This document shows, piece by piece, positions 28,148 to 41,704 of a stretch of DNA of 42,718 nucleotides. The position numbers and the translations under genes were made by a program. Positions within the stretch are counted from its first letter, which is position 1; every line of letters starts with the position of its first letter. Under the pieces are notes generated by a model. It saw only the letters and a list, made by a program, of their open reading frames with translations, did not search any database and was not told the DNA's origin. The DNA is from Thermoplasmata archaeon (lineage in GTDB: Archaea > Thermoplasmatota > UBA186 > UBA287), in the NCBI GenBank assembly GCA_011620765.1, contig WOYO01000059.1, positions 1-42,718 on the forward strand, in the 5' to 3' direction.

Positions 28148-31021
28148 ATGCAACAGGACTACAAAAACTATGAGTTTAAAAGGATAGAGGAAGAGGTAAA
28201 AGAGTACTGGGATACAAGTCAGGTATATAAAAAGACAAAAGAGCTGAAAAGCAAAGGAGAAAATTTTTACTTCAACGATGGTCCGCCATATACATCAGGG
28301 GCTATACATATGGGTACTGCTTACAATAAGATAATAAAAGACTTTGTGCTCAGATATCTCAGAATGAAGGGCTATAATGTGAGGGATCAGCCAGGATATG
28401 ATATGCATGGTTTGCCCATAGAGGTTCAGGTTGAGAAGGCACTCGGCATAAAAAACAAGAAAGAGATTGAGGATTTTGGCGTTGAAAAATTCATTGAAAA
28501 ATGCAGAGCTTTTGCTATAGAGCATGAAAGAAAGATGACAGATGAGTTCAAAGCATTAGGTGTATGGATGGACTGGGATAACCCCTATGAAACTATAAAG
28601 AATTCTTATATTGGCAGAGCATGGTGGCTGATAAAAAAAGCCTCTGAGAAAAACCTGTTAGAGAGAGCACTGAGGCTTGTCAACTGGTGTCCGAGATGTG
28701 AAACTGCATTAGCGGATGCAGAAATAGAATACAGGGATAGGGAGGATGATTCCATATATGTAAAGATGAGACTCAGGGATGGAAGATTTATTATAATATG
28801 GACAACAACGCCCTGGACCCTTCCTGCAAACATGGCGATAGCTTATAACCCTGACTTTGTTTACGACGAAATTCTGGTAGAGAATAAGGAGAGCAAAGAG
28901 ATAGAGAGATGGATTCTGCTAAACGCTGAGAGCGTGGTGGAGAATAGCGGGTACAGGATAAAGGAGCATCTATCAAAGATAAAAGGTAGTGAGCTGGAGG
29001 GCCTGGAATATGTGCCCCCTCTCAACATACGCCAGGAAAAAACAAGAAAGGTATTACCTGCTGATTACGTTACAGCAGAAAACACGGGCTTTGTGCACAC
29101 GGCCCCCGGGCATGGTGCCGAGGACTTCGACCTTGGCTTAAGGTTCGGGCTTGAGATATTTTGCCCGGTGGATGAGCGCGGAACATTTACGGAAGAAGCC
29201 GGAAAGTATGCTGGAAAAAGAGTATTCGAGGCAAACAGAGACATAATAGAGGATCTGAGAGCCTCAGGTTTTCTTGTTAAATCCGAAAAGATAACCCACA
29301 GATACGGATTCTGCTGGAGGTGCAAGACGCCGATAATATACAGGGCAACAGAGCAATGGTTTCTGCGCGTGGAGGATGAAAATATAAAAGAAAAGATGAT
29401 AGAGGAAGTAAAACGTGTAAAATGGTACCCAGATTGGGCTGGAAGCGCCAGAGAGATGGAGTGGGTGAAAGGGGCAAGGAACTGGTGCATCTCCAGGCAG
29501 AGATACTGGGGTATACCTTTACCCATATGGATCTGTAGCAGCTGTAAGAGGGAAAAGGTTATAGGGAGTGAGGAAGAGCTCAGAGCTTTAGGGTATAAAG
29601 AGAAAGAGCTTCACAGACCATGGATAGACTCTCTTGAGATCAAATGTGATTGCGGCGGCAAAATGCAGAGAATAAAAGATGTGCAGGATGTCTGGTTGGA
29701 CTCCGGCGTTTCTTCATGGGCAGAGCTGAAAGATGAAGAATTTGATGATTTCTTCCCTCCAAAGCTGATAATAGAAGCTCACGACCAAACAAGAGGATGG
29801 TTCTATTCCCAGCTAGGCGCTGGTGTGATAGGATTCAACAGAGCACCATATGATGAAGTTATGATGCATGGATGGATATTCAGTGATTCTGGCGAAAAAA
29901 TGTCAAAGAGTCTTGGAAATGTGATCGCGCCACTTGAAATGGCAGAGAAATACGGCATAGACTCTCTCAGGTTCTATCTTCTCTCTTCATCAGCCCCATG
30001 GGAGGATAAGAGCTTTATGATAGATGGGATAAAAAATGCGAGCAGAACGATGAACATACTGTGGAATGCGCAGAACTTTGCTATAAACTATATGCTTCTT
30101 GACTCTTTTGATCCAGAAAGAACGGACTATGCTCTTGAAAAGGAAGATCTCTGGCTCGCATCAAGGGTTGAGAGCCTGAAGGAGAGAATAAATGGATACA
30201 TGAAGGAATACGAGCTTCACAGGGTTTGCAGGGACATAGAGCAATTCATAACCGAAGATCTCTCCAGATTTTACATAAAAGTTATAAGAAAGAGGGTCTG
30301 GATAGAAGAAAAAAGCAGAAGCAAGAATGGGGTATATAAAACACTCTATGAAACGCTTCTTGAGATCTCAAAGCTGCTTGCTCCTGCAGCACCACACATA
30401 GCTGAAAGATTGTATAGAAACCTTGGAGGAGCTATGGAGAGCGTGCACATGGAGAATTGGCCGGAGGTAAAGAAGGAAAAGATAAGCCTCAAGATCGAAG
30501 AGAGCATGGATATAGCGAGGGAGATCATTGAAGCCGCTCTAAGCGTCAGACAGAGTTCTAACATAAAGGTAAGGCAGCCGCTGAAGAGGATAATCATTGA
30601 AACAGAGGATGAAAATACAATAGAGGCTATAGAAGATCTTAAAAGCATAATAAAAGACCAGATAAATGTAAAAAGGATAGAGGTGCAGAAAGGAAATGAA
30701 GATATGCCGTCATGCGATTTTTCGAAAGGAAAATTATATATAGACACGGAGGTAGATTACGAAATAAGAGCAGAGACTATAGCGAGAGAGCTCATAAGAA
30801 GGGTGCAGGAGATGAGAAAGAGGATGAATCTAAACATAGAGGATTACATAAAATGCACGATGGAACTGCCTGAGAGCTTCGTTAAGAGTTTTGAGGATAA
30901 AAAAGAGAATATAGCAAAAGAGACGAGAGCTACGGAGATAGTGCTGGGTAAATCTGAGGGTTTTGTTCAGGAATGGAAGATAGATGGAGAGAGAGTTGTT
31001 ATAGGGATAAACAAGCTTTGA
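28148..31021 (+). CDS. ileS: isoleucyl-tRNA synthetase
   Basis: 957 aa. HIGH-type motif (PPYTSGAIHMGTAYNK), KMSKS present, CP1 editing-domain-sized insert, zinc-knuckle Cys pairs. Confidence 0.95.
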   Translation: MQQDYKNYEFKRIEEEVKEYWDTSQVYKKTKELKSKGENFYFNDGPPYTSGAIHMGTAYNKIIKDFVLRYLRMKGYNVRDQPGYDMHGLPIEVQVEKALGIKNKKEIEDFGVEKFIEKCRAFAIEHERKMTDEFKALGVWMDWDNPYETIKNSYIGRAWWLIKKASEKNLLERALRLVNWCPRCETALADAEIEYRDREDDSIYVKMRLRDGRFIIIWTTTPWTLPANMAIAYNPDFVYDEILVENKESKEIERWILLNAESVVENSGYRIKEHLSKIKGSELEGLEYVPPLNIRQEKTRKVLPADYVTAENTGFVHTAPGHGAEDFDLGLRFGLEIFCPVDERGTFTEEAGKYAGKRVFEANRDIIEDLRASGFLVKSEKITHRYGFCWRCKTPIIYRATEQWFLRVEDENIKEKMIEEVKRVKWYPDWAGSAREMEWVKGARNWCISRQRYWGIPLPIWICSSCKREKVIGSEEELRALGYKEKELHRPWIDSLEIKCDCGGKMQRIKDVQDVWLDSGVSSWAELKDEEFDDFFPPKLIIEAHDQTRGWFYSQLGAGVIGFNRAPYDEVMMHGWIFSDSGEKMSKSLGNVIAPLEMAEKYGIDSLRFYLLSSSAPWEDKSFMIDGIKNASRTMNILWNAQNFAINYMLLDSFDPERTDYALEKEDLWLASRVESLKERINGYMKEYELHRVCRDIEQFITEDLSRFYIKVIRKRVWIEEKSRSKNGVYKTLYETLLEISKLLAPAAPHIAERLYRNLGGAMESVHMENWPEVKKEKISLKIEESMDIAREIIEAALSVRQSSNIKVRQPLKRIIIETEDENTIEAIEDLKSIIKDQINVKRIEVQKGNEDMPSCDFSKGKLYIDTEVDYEIRAETIARELIRRVQEMRKRMNLNIEDYIKCTMELPESFVKSFEDKKENIAKETRATEIVLGKSEGFVQEWKIDGERVVIGINKL

Positions 31022-31083
31022 AACAGGAACGCAAAGAGTACGACGAAAGCAAAGCAGAGAAGAACACAGAAGAAGGGATAAAA

Positions 31084-31482
31084 ATGGCAACATGCGAGAT
31101 ATGTGGTAAAACGGTTAACAGGACAAAAAAGATAAAAATAGACAGAGTTGTGCTGGAGGTCTGTGATCAGTGCGCAGTATATGGAGAGCCTGTGGAGGAG
31201 ACTGCTATGCCAACGAGCACAGCTGTGCGAACACAGCGGATATTCTCCCAGAAAAAACCGGAAAAAGCCATCAAAGAGGAATACGTGCTGGTTGATGACT
31301 ATCCTGATAGGGTGCGGAAAGCCAGACAGCATCTAGGGTTGGAGCAAAAGGACCTCGCAAAGATGATAAATGAAAAACAGTCAGTGATATCGAAGATCGA
31401 GAGCGGGGGCTTTCAGCCTGATGACGCCCTGGTAAAAAAGCTGGAAAAAGCTCTGAAGATAAGTCTCAGAGATAAGGTATGA
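31084..31482 (+). CDS. mbf1: archaeal MBF1 (N-terminal zinc ribbon plus Cro/C1-type HTH)
   Basis: MATCEICGK...CDQC zinc ribbon and ARQHLGLEQKDLAKMINEKQSVISKIESG HTH. The ATG at 31084 avoids overlap with ileS. Confidence 0.85.
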   Translation: MATCEICGKTVNRTKKIKIDRVVLEVCDQCAVYGEPVEETAMPTSTAVRTQRIFSQKKPEKAIKEEYVLVDDYPDRVRKARQHLGLEQKDLAKMINEKQSVISKIESGGFQPDDALVKKLEKALKISLRDKV

Positions 31483-31654
31483 TGTAGCAAATATCAGAAA
31501 CTTGAAGTGTCAATTCATGCAGGGTATAGGATATCTGAGAAGCCATTTACAGCATAGATCAGTTGTTTTACCGTTTCATTATATAGCTCACCGTCCATAC
31601 CCGGTCTTCATTAACGCACTGATTTACTTTTTTCAACAGATCATCACCACCTTG

Positions 31655-32089
31655 TTACAACAACACATCAGGATCTGTAGCTATGGTTTCAGCAGGATAA
31701 CCATTAGAAAACATGGCAGTTTCAAGAACAAAACTCTCAACAGCTTCTATATACCATGGATGGTAATCATAGGTTAGCTCATAGACGACATTTGTCAGAT
31801 TATCTTTTGCAGTTACTTTAACGCCCCAATCAGCAGCCTTTTCGTAAAGGGGGTGATAACTGTCTTTCTTTGTGCTCCCGTCAGGAAAAATAAGCGTTGT
31901 TTCGGTGTGCTCCGGTGAGTCATCTGAAGTATCGTCGGTGTGTATAGGCATTGTTATGCCTGCATAGTAGTGCGATAATAAGCCCATCAGCATCGCAGCG
32001 TTTTTTCGCACGCTCTCCCGAACCATATCTTGGCATAGAGAGATGTCCTCTACAGCCTGCCAGTATAGCTCTCTAACCTTAGATGGCAT
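31655..32089 (-). pseudogene. zinc-dependent phospholipase C / S1-P1-like domain remnant (possibly decayed)
   Basis: SHYYAGITMPIH matches the HY.GD...P.H zinc motif but has G in place of the ligand Asp. YHPLYE matches H..YE. An N-terminal His-containing piece (MIGNAAVSHRIGV, ATG at 32127) lies in another frame. Protein-like sequence continues in frame past the TAA at 31655-31657. Confidence 0.35.
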
Positions 32090-32286
32090 ACCCCTATTCG
32101 GTGGCTCACCGCAGCATTCCCAATCATTAAAATATTAGTTGTGGTTCTCCCACTTCAGATAGATCAGTTACTCAGGTCCTTCCCTTCTTTTGATCTGATA
32201 GATTCCGGAGAACTTCGGGGCATCTTTTTAGCCATACCGTTACAGCAAGGGTAAAGTTTAAAATCGAGCAACCCTTTGCTCTTTAT

Positions 32287-33318
32287 ATGAAAGTTGGAAT
32301 ACTCACTGGCGGGGGAGACGCTCCTGGATTGAACGCTGTTATAAGGGCAGTCGTAAGGAGGTCCGTAAAATATGGTAATGAGGTTGTAGGGATAAGACAT
32401 GGTTGGGATGGTCTGATAAACGGAACTTATGTGCCATTGAATCTTAATGCTGTTTCAGGTATCCTTCCCAGAGGAGGTACGATAATAGGGACGTCCAGGG
32501 TAAACCCTTACAAGGTGAAGGATGGTGTTAAAAAAGTAAAGGAAAGCATGGATACCAACGGGATTGAAGCATTGATAGCGGTTGGTGGTGAAGATACCCT
32601 TGGTATCGCTCACAGCCTTTATAAAGAGATCTCTCTGCCAGTTATAGGGGTTCCGAAAACAATAGATAATGACATACCCTGCACAGACTACACCTTTGGT
32701 TTTGATACCGCTGTTAATATAGCAACAGATGCCATAGATAGATTGCACACAACAGCTGAGGCTCACGATCGTATAATCGTTGTTGAAGTGATGGGCAGGC
32801 ATACAGGCTGGATAGCTCTTCATTCAGGGCTAGCCGGTGGTGCAGATTGCATACTTGTACCGGAGAGGCCTTTCCGCATGGAGGATGTTGCCGAACTCAT
32901 CAATCGCAGGCATAATAGAGGCAAGAGCTTCAGCATAATTGTTGTAGCTGAGGGTGCTATTCCCCAGGAGCTTGGAACAGAGATCAAGGTTAGCGAAGAG
33001 GTAGATGCTTTCGGACATGTACGTTTGGGAGGCATAGGCTATTACATCGCTAAGAGATTGGAAGAGATGACAGGCTATGAAACGAGAACAGTTGTCCTCG
33101 GGCATCTTCAGAGGGGTGGCACGCCAACAGCCTTTGATAGAGTTTTAGCTACGCGTTTCGGGGTTGCTGCTGCGGATCTTGCTTTTCAGAAAAACTTTGG
33201 AAAGATGGTTGTGCTCAGAGGGAATAAGATATACACAGAGAGTCTGGAGCGTATAACAGAGGGTATAAAGAAGATAGATCTTGAGCTTTATGACATAGCC
33301 AGCATATTCTTTGGTTAG
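32287..33318 (+). CDS. pfk: 6-phosphofructokinase, PfkA family (residue pattern suggests PPi-dependent or group III type)
   Basis: 343 aa with GILTGGGDAPGLN, GGEDTL, PKTIDNDI and MGRHTGW. Confidence 0.9.
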   Translation: MKVGILTGGGDAPGLNAVIRAVVRRSVKYGNEVVGIRHGWDGLINGTYVPLNLNAVSGILPRGGTIIGTSRVNPYKVKDGVKKVKESMDTNGIEALIAVGGEDTLGIAHSLYKEISLPVIGVPKTIDNDIPCTDYTFGFDTAVNIATDAIDRLHTTAEAHDRIIVVEVMGRHTGWIALHSGLAGGADCILVPERPFRMEDVAELINRRHNRGKSFSIIVVAEGAIPQELGTEIKVSEEVDAFGHVRLGGIGYYIAKRLEEMTGYETRTVVLGHLQRGGTPTAFDRVLATRFGVAAADLAFQKNFGKMVVLRGNKIYTESLERITEGIKKIDLELYDIASIFFG

Positions 33319-33319
33319 G

Positions 33320-33844
33320 TTAGCTCGAATCTGTCAAAACTTTTTTTCCCCTTTCTTGAGGAATTATTTTCAGCCTGGCATTTTCAAAGCTTTTAAAGAG
33401 CTCTTGCCCATTAAAGCATTCATGCAGGAATATGGCCAGAGCTGAGACTTCACTGTGCGGCTGGTTTGTTACAGATATGTTGTAGTCTGCCAGTTCATAG
33501 ACCGCTCGGGGCACCTTCTCTCCGCCCACTATGACCAGTATATTTTTTTCTCTCAACTCTTTTATTCTCTGTTGCAGAGGGATCCCATAAAAGGTAAGAT
33601 GAACTATTGTAAAACCCTGCTCTTTGAACTCTCTTATAACTCCTTTCCAGTCTCTTCTATACTCACAGAAAAATTCTCCACCCCAGCGCTCAGAGACATC
33701 ATTAACGCTCTCAATTATCTCATTATCCTTCTCTCCGCTCAATATTATGCCAGATGCTCCTAGGGCTCTGGCAGAGAGCGCTACATGAGTTGTTATTCTC
33801 TTGTCTCTGACTATCCTGTGCCCTAATCTCAATACAACGATCAT
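33320..33844 (-). CDS. trm56: tRNA (cytidine56-2'-O)-methyltransferase aTrm56 (SPOUT family)
   Basis: 174 aa. N-terminus [26 protein letters not shown] and the [17 protein letters not shown] knot region are typical of aTrm56. Confidence 0.85.
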   Translation of the reverse strand: MIVVLRLGHRIVRDKRITTHVALSARALGASGIILSGEKDNEIIESVNDVSERWGGEFFCEYRRDWKGVIREFKEQGFTIVHLTFYGIPLQQRIKELREKNILVIVGGEKVPRAVYELADYNISVTNQPHSEVSALAIFLHECFNGQELFKSFENARLKIIPQERGKKVLTDSS

Positions 33845-33924
33845 GGGGTTTATTGATCTGATGGTTTTTTCTCTTTTTCAATGATTGATAGAAAAAGATT
33901 TTAACAAGTTCTTAGATTATTCTT

Positions 33925-35463
33925 GTGGTAAAAGAGTTACCAGTTATACTCTTATCTATTATCATCATAGGATCTTCCTTTTCGTCAGCAGCATTTTCAT
34001 CAGCATCCCGGATCCCTGATCCCGCATGTTTTGTAGGTGTTCCACTCTTGTTTCCCTTTTTCATAATATCACTTCTGTTAAACCTTATACCTTCATCCTT
34101 CCTCTCTATTATAATGCCATTTATGCTACTTCCATTCACTTTTTTCTTATTTCTTTTCTCTCTCCCATTGATACCCATCATCCTTCTGCTCTTTTTGCTG
34201 GAGATCTCTTTTTCGGTTATTCTCTTCTTATCTCTAGCCTGTGAATGGTATCCCCGGGTTCTCTCAAATGGCGATTATGGCTCTCTCTCCTATTCATTCT
34301 CCTCCTCGCTGATATCAATAATATCCTTCACCACCCTGACTCTGGGAGGCATTGTTTTTTCCATTGCGCTCCTGCCGATAGGGCCACCAATACTTGTCTT
34401 TGGATTGACGGGACTTGCATTTTACATCCTCAATGCCATCCTCTTTCTTCTCCTGCGTGTTATTTATACGGCAAATGCCGTCAGAAAGATACCATTCCTG
34501 TCTGAGGCTGTAACACGGATCAGAGGCATGAGGGTCATTAAAGTTCTCTCAGAATTCAATTCCCGTCCTGTGATGTTTAATCTGACTGCCGTTATAACCA
34601 TCATTGCAATACTCATTTCAATACTCCTCATGCCAATGTTTGCTTTTCCGGTAGCTCTGATCTCTTTGTTATCCCTCTTTTTAACTCCCCTGTTCTGGCT
34701 TATTTCCGTTGTCGGTCTTTTGCTTCTTGCGCCATCAGCCATCCTATCTGCTATCCTGTTCCTTATGGACATGGTCGTGTGGGGGGCTGAAGCGCTCTCT
34801 CTCAAACTTCCAAGGAGTTTACCCGAGCTCCCAGCTCTTAAGGTGGAAGACAACTCAACGTATCTCTTTTATCTGACTATGGATCAGCTCATAATGAAAT
34901 ATGTCCTTTTCTGCGCAGCTCTCGGGATCCTGCAGATAGCAGAGGGCTGCATTTTTCTTATGACCTTCTTTGCCTCTCCTCTAGGGCTCATAAAGATAGC
35001 TTTTGGAGCGGCTCTTGCTGTCGTTGCTCTCTTTGGTGCGGTGATAACAGACGGAAAGCTATTGCATTATCTCGGAGAGTATCTCGTATATCCTGCTCTC
35101 GATGTGATAAAAAGACCGTTTGAAGGGCTCACAATTGGGAGTGGATTGAGAGATAACCCACAGCGTATGCTGCGGAGGATAGACTCACCCTGTCTGCTTG
35201 GTATAGGGACCATATTCACCGATCTCTTTACAGGCCTTCTTGAGATGTGCGGGGAAGCTCTTGCGGTTCTTGCGGTTGTGCCTTTAGGTTTATCTGCAGG
35301 AATGATTGCTCTTTCGCTCCTTCCTTTTGTTTCCATAGCTCTCACAGACCTGTTTGTGACCTCTCTAATGTGGCTACCGGTGGTTATAGCTCTATCCTTT
35401 GTTTTTCTGCTTCTTGTGTTATATTCAAGAGGTAGATGTACAGCCCTGGAGCTGTATGAATAA
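33925..35463 (+). CDS. hypothetical large polytopic membrane protein (start uncertain: GTG 33925, ATG 34114 or TTG 34195)
   Basis: An uninterrupted 1.5-kb ORF in AT-rich DNA, with many TM-length segments. The first ~90 codons are low-complexity F/L/S/I and are mirrored by a K/E/R-rich antisense ORF. Confidence 0.6.
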   Translation: MVKELPVILLSIIIIGSSFSSAAFSSASRIPDPACFVGVPLLFPFFIISLLLNLIPSSFLSIIMPFMLLPFTFFLFLFSLPLIPIILLLFLLEISFSVILFLSLACEWYPRVLSNGDYGSLSYSFSSSLISIISFTTLTLGGIVFSIALLPIGPPILVFGLTGLAFYILNAILFLLLRVIYTANAVRKIPFLSEAVTRIRGMRVIKVLSEFNSRPVMFNLTAVITIIAILISILLMPMFAFPVALISLLSLFLTPLFWLISVVGLLLLAPSAILSAILFLMDMVVWGAEALSLKLPRSLPELPALKVEDNSTYLFYLTMDQLIMKYVLFCAALGILQIAEGCIFLMTFFASPLGLIKIAFGAALAVVALFGAVITDGKLLHYLGEYLVYPALDVIKRPFEGLTIGSGLRDNPQRMLRRIDSPCLLGIGTIFTDLFTGLLEMCGEALAVLAVVPLGLSAGMIALSLLPFVSIALTDLFVTSLMWLPVVIALSFVFLLLVLYSRGRCTALELYE

Positions 35464-35544
35464 ACTCTTGATGTTGGGGAAGACTTCGAATCAAAGATAG
35501 AGAGCAGACTCGTTATTCCGGAGTGTTAAGAGCGGTGCTTAAGA

Positions 35545-35557
35545 AAAATATATATAA
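35545..35557 (+). promoter_or_regulatory. candidate rRNA operon promoter (AAAATATATATAA TATA box)
   Basis: Strongest A/T box upstream of the 16S processing stem, ~155 nt before it. Confidence 0.45.
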
Positions 35558-35710
35558 CACCACAGCACTACTGGAATTGCGCTCAAAAAGCCCAATGTTG
35601 GCGTGTTTGAGGATGTGAGCGTAAGCTCAAAGATGACTCAGACGTTTCTAAATTGGGCTACAGAAATGGAGGCGAAGATCCCCGGATCACCGTGAACTCT
35701 TCGTCTAACG

Positions 35711-35728
35711 TATGCAGATTGTTTTCCC
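35711..35728 (+). other. 5' half of the 16S processing helix (pairs perfectly with 37235-37252)
   Basis: TATGCAGATTGTTTTCCC is the exact reverse complement of GGGAAAACAATCTGCATA downstream of the 16S gene (18 bp). Confidence 0.85.
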
Positions 35729-35739
35729 AATACTTCCAA

Positions 35740-37217
<1,478 letters not shown>

Positions 37218-37262
37218 AAGAAAAAAGAAAAACAGGGAAAACAATCTGCATATAGAGCTCAC

Positions 37263-37377
37263 GGGCCGGTAGATCAGCCGGTAGATCGCCAGCTTTGCAA
37301 GCTGGAGGCCTCGGGTTCAAAATGAAGGGTTGCACCCTTTCAAAACCTGCAATCCAATGAAAATCCCGACCGGTCCA
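37263..37377 (+). tRNA. tRNA-Ala (anticodon UGC) in the 16S-23S spacer, interrupted by a 42-nt insertion in the T-loop
   Basis: Acceptor GGGCCGG/CCGGTCC with G3:U70. D stem GATC/GATC. Anticodon stem CCAGC/GCTGG with loop TTTGCAA. T-stem halves TCGGG (37311-15) and CCCGA (37365-69) lie 49 nt apart. Removing 42 nt restores the loop TTCAAAT. Confidence 0.8.
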
Positions 37378-37445
37378 TTGCCTCCGAATGAGATGCACTC
37401 TGCTAGTTTGCTAGCAGGGGAAGGATCAGAGCGAAAGCTCGATGA

Positions 37446-37461
37446 GATCAGCATAGAGCTA
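37446..37461 (+). other. 5' half of the 23S processing helix (pairs perfectly with 40353-40368)
   Basis: GATCAGCATAGAGCTA is the exact reverse complement of TAGCTCTATGCTGATC after the 23S gene (16 bp). The adjacent GGACTGGC/GCCAGTCC forms 23S helix 1. Confidence 0.85.
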
Positions 37462-37466
37462 GTACT

Positions 37467-40351
<2,885 letters not shown>

Positions 40352-40381
40352 ATAGCTCTATGCTGATCGATAGATCCTCTA

Positions 40382-40401
40382 TTTTTATTTTTTCCATTTT
40401 T
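40382..40401 (+). terminator. oligo-T tracts after the 23S processing stem (candidate rRNA operon terminator)
   Basis: TTTTTATTTTTTCCATTTTT follows the stem directly. Archaeal RNA polymerase terminates at T-runs. Confidence 0.5.
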
Positions 40402-40461
40402 GGATTCCGAATACAAATCATTTTCGAAAAAGTTTAAGAGCTAGAGAAGCTATAATCTCCC

Positions 40462-41646
40462 ATGAGGAACATAAAAGTTAGTGAATGCTGCGAAACACCT
40501 GTTGAAGAGCTTGAGAGCGAGATTGTGGAGAGAAAAGGCATAGGGCATCCTGATAGTGTTGCGGATGGGATAGCGGAGAGCATAAGCAGAGAGTTATCAA
40601 AGATGTACCTTGAGCGCTATGGAAGGATCCTGCATCACAACACGGATCAGATGGAGATCGTCGGGGGACAATCAAAACCAGCATTTAAAGGTGGCATGAT
40701 GCTTGAGCCTGTTTTTATTCTGCTAGCTGGAAGAGCGACAACAAGGGTTAATGAAGAGCGTCTGCCCTACAGAAGCACCGCAGTTAAAGCTACGAGAGAT
40801 TACCTGAAGAAGTTTAAGTATCTCAACATGGATGAGGATATAACAATAGATTGCAGGATAGGTCAGGGATCTGTTGATCTGAGATCTCTCTATGATACAC
40901 AGAAACATTTAGCAAACGACACAAGCTTTGGGGTTTCCTATGCTCCTTACTCAGAGACAGAAAAGATAACCCTGGAAGCTGAGCACTATATAAATGGGGA
41001 GCTTAAGGAAAATATGAAGGGCCTTGGTTACGATGTGAAGGTTATGTCTCTCAGGAATATGGATAAAATAAATGTTACCGTTGCTGTTGCTATGATAGGT
41101 AAAGAGATAGATGATCTCTCCCATTATATAAGCTTGAAGGAAGAGCTTCGAGAAAAACTTTTGGATCATCTATCAAAATACACACAGAAGGAGCTCAATG
41201 TTGATATAAACACCGCAGATGATTATGAGAATAATGTTCTCTATCTAACCGTCACAGGGCTATCAATGGAGAATGGGGATGACGGCAGCGTTGGCAGGGG
41301 AAACAGGGTTAATGGGCTCATAACACCAAATAGACCGATGTCTCTGGAAGCGGCTGCGGGGAAGAATCCCGTTATACATGTAGGAAAGCTCTACAACATT
41401 CTTGCTATGAAGATCGCTGAGCAGATAGTTGATGAATGCGGAGTTGAGGAAGCACATGTGAGGATACTCTCACAGATAGGTAAACCCATAGATCAGCCAC
41501 AGGTAGCTTCCATAGATCTCATAACCGCTAATGGGTCTGACTTTGGAAAGATCAGCAAAGATGCCCAGGGCATAGCTGACGAATGGCTTGCAAATATAGA
41601 GAGAGTAGCGAAGCTTTGCGTAGAGGGAAAAGTGAGCGTGTTCTGA
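40462..41646 (+). CDS. mat: S-adenosylmethionine synthetase, archaeal type (MAT)
   Basis: 394 aa with [23 protein letters not shown] and [24 protein letters not shown], typical of archaeal MAT. Confidence 0.9.
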   Translation: MRNIKVSECCETPVEELESEIVERKGIGHPDSVADGIAESISRELSKMYLERYGRILHHNTDQMEIVGGQSKPAFKGGMMLEPVFILLAGRATTRVNEERLPYRSTAVKATRDYLKKFKYLNMDEDITIDCRIGQGSVDLRSLYDTQKHLANDTSFGVSYAPYSETEKITLEAEHYINGELKENMKGLGYDVKVMSLRNMDKINVTVAVAMIGKEIDDLSHYISLKEELREKLLDHLSKYTQKELNVDINTADDYENNVLYLTVTGLSMENGDDGSVGRGNRVNGLITPNRPMSLEAAAGKNPVIHVGKLYNILAMKIAEQIVDECGVEEAHVRILSQIGKPIDQPQVASIDLITANGSDFGKISKDAQGIADEWLANIERVAKLCVEGKVSVF

Positions 41647-41651
41647 GCTTC

Positions 41652-41686
41652 TTTTGGAGGATAGCCTCCAAAACCTTTTATTTTTT
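41652..41686 (+). terminator. hairpin TTTTGGAGG-ATAG-CCTCCAAAA followed by a T-tract, after the SAM synthetase gene
   Basis: Perfect 9-bp stem starting 6 nt after the stop codon, then CCTTTTATTTTTT. Confidence 0.55.
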
Positions 41687-41704
41687 AAAAAATAATCATA
41701 CTTT

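Noticed and set aside
33912-34181. 89-aa K/E/R-rich minus-strand ORF upstream of trm56
   Set aside because: Not called as a feature because it is the mirror image of the low-complexity 5' part of the 512-codon plus-strand ORF, and I cannot tell by eye which strand is coding. It is kept as an open question in the findings.
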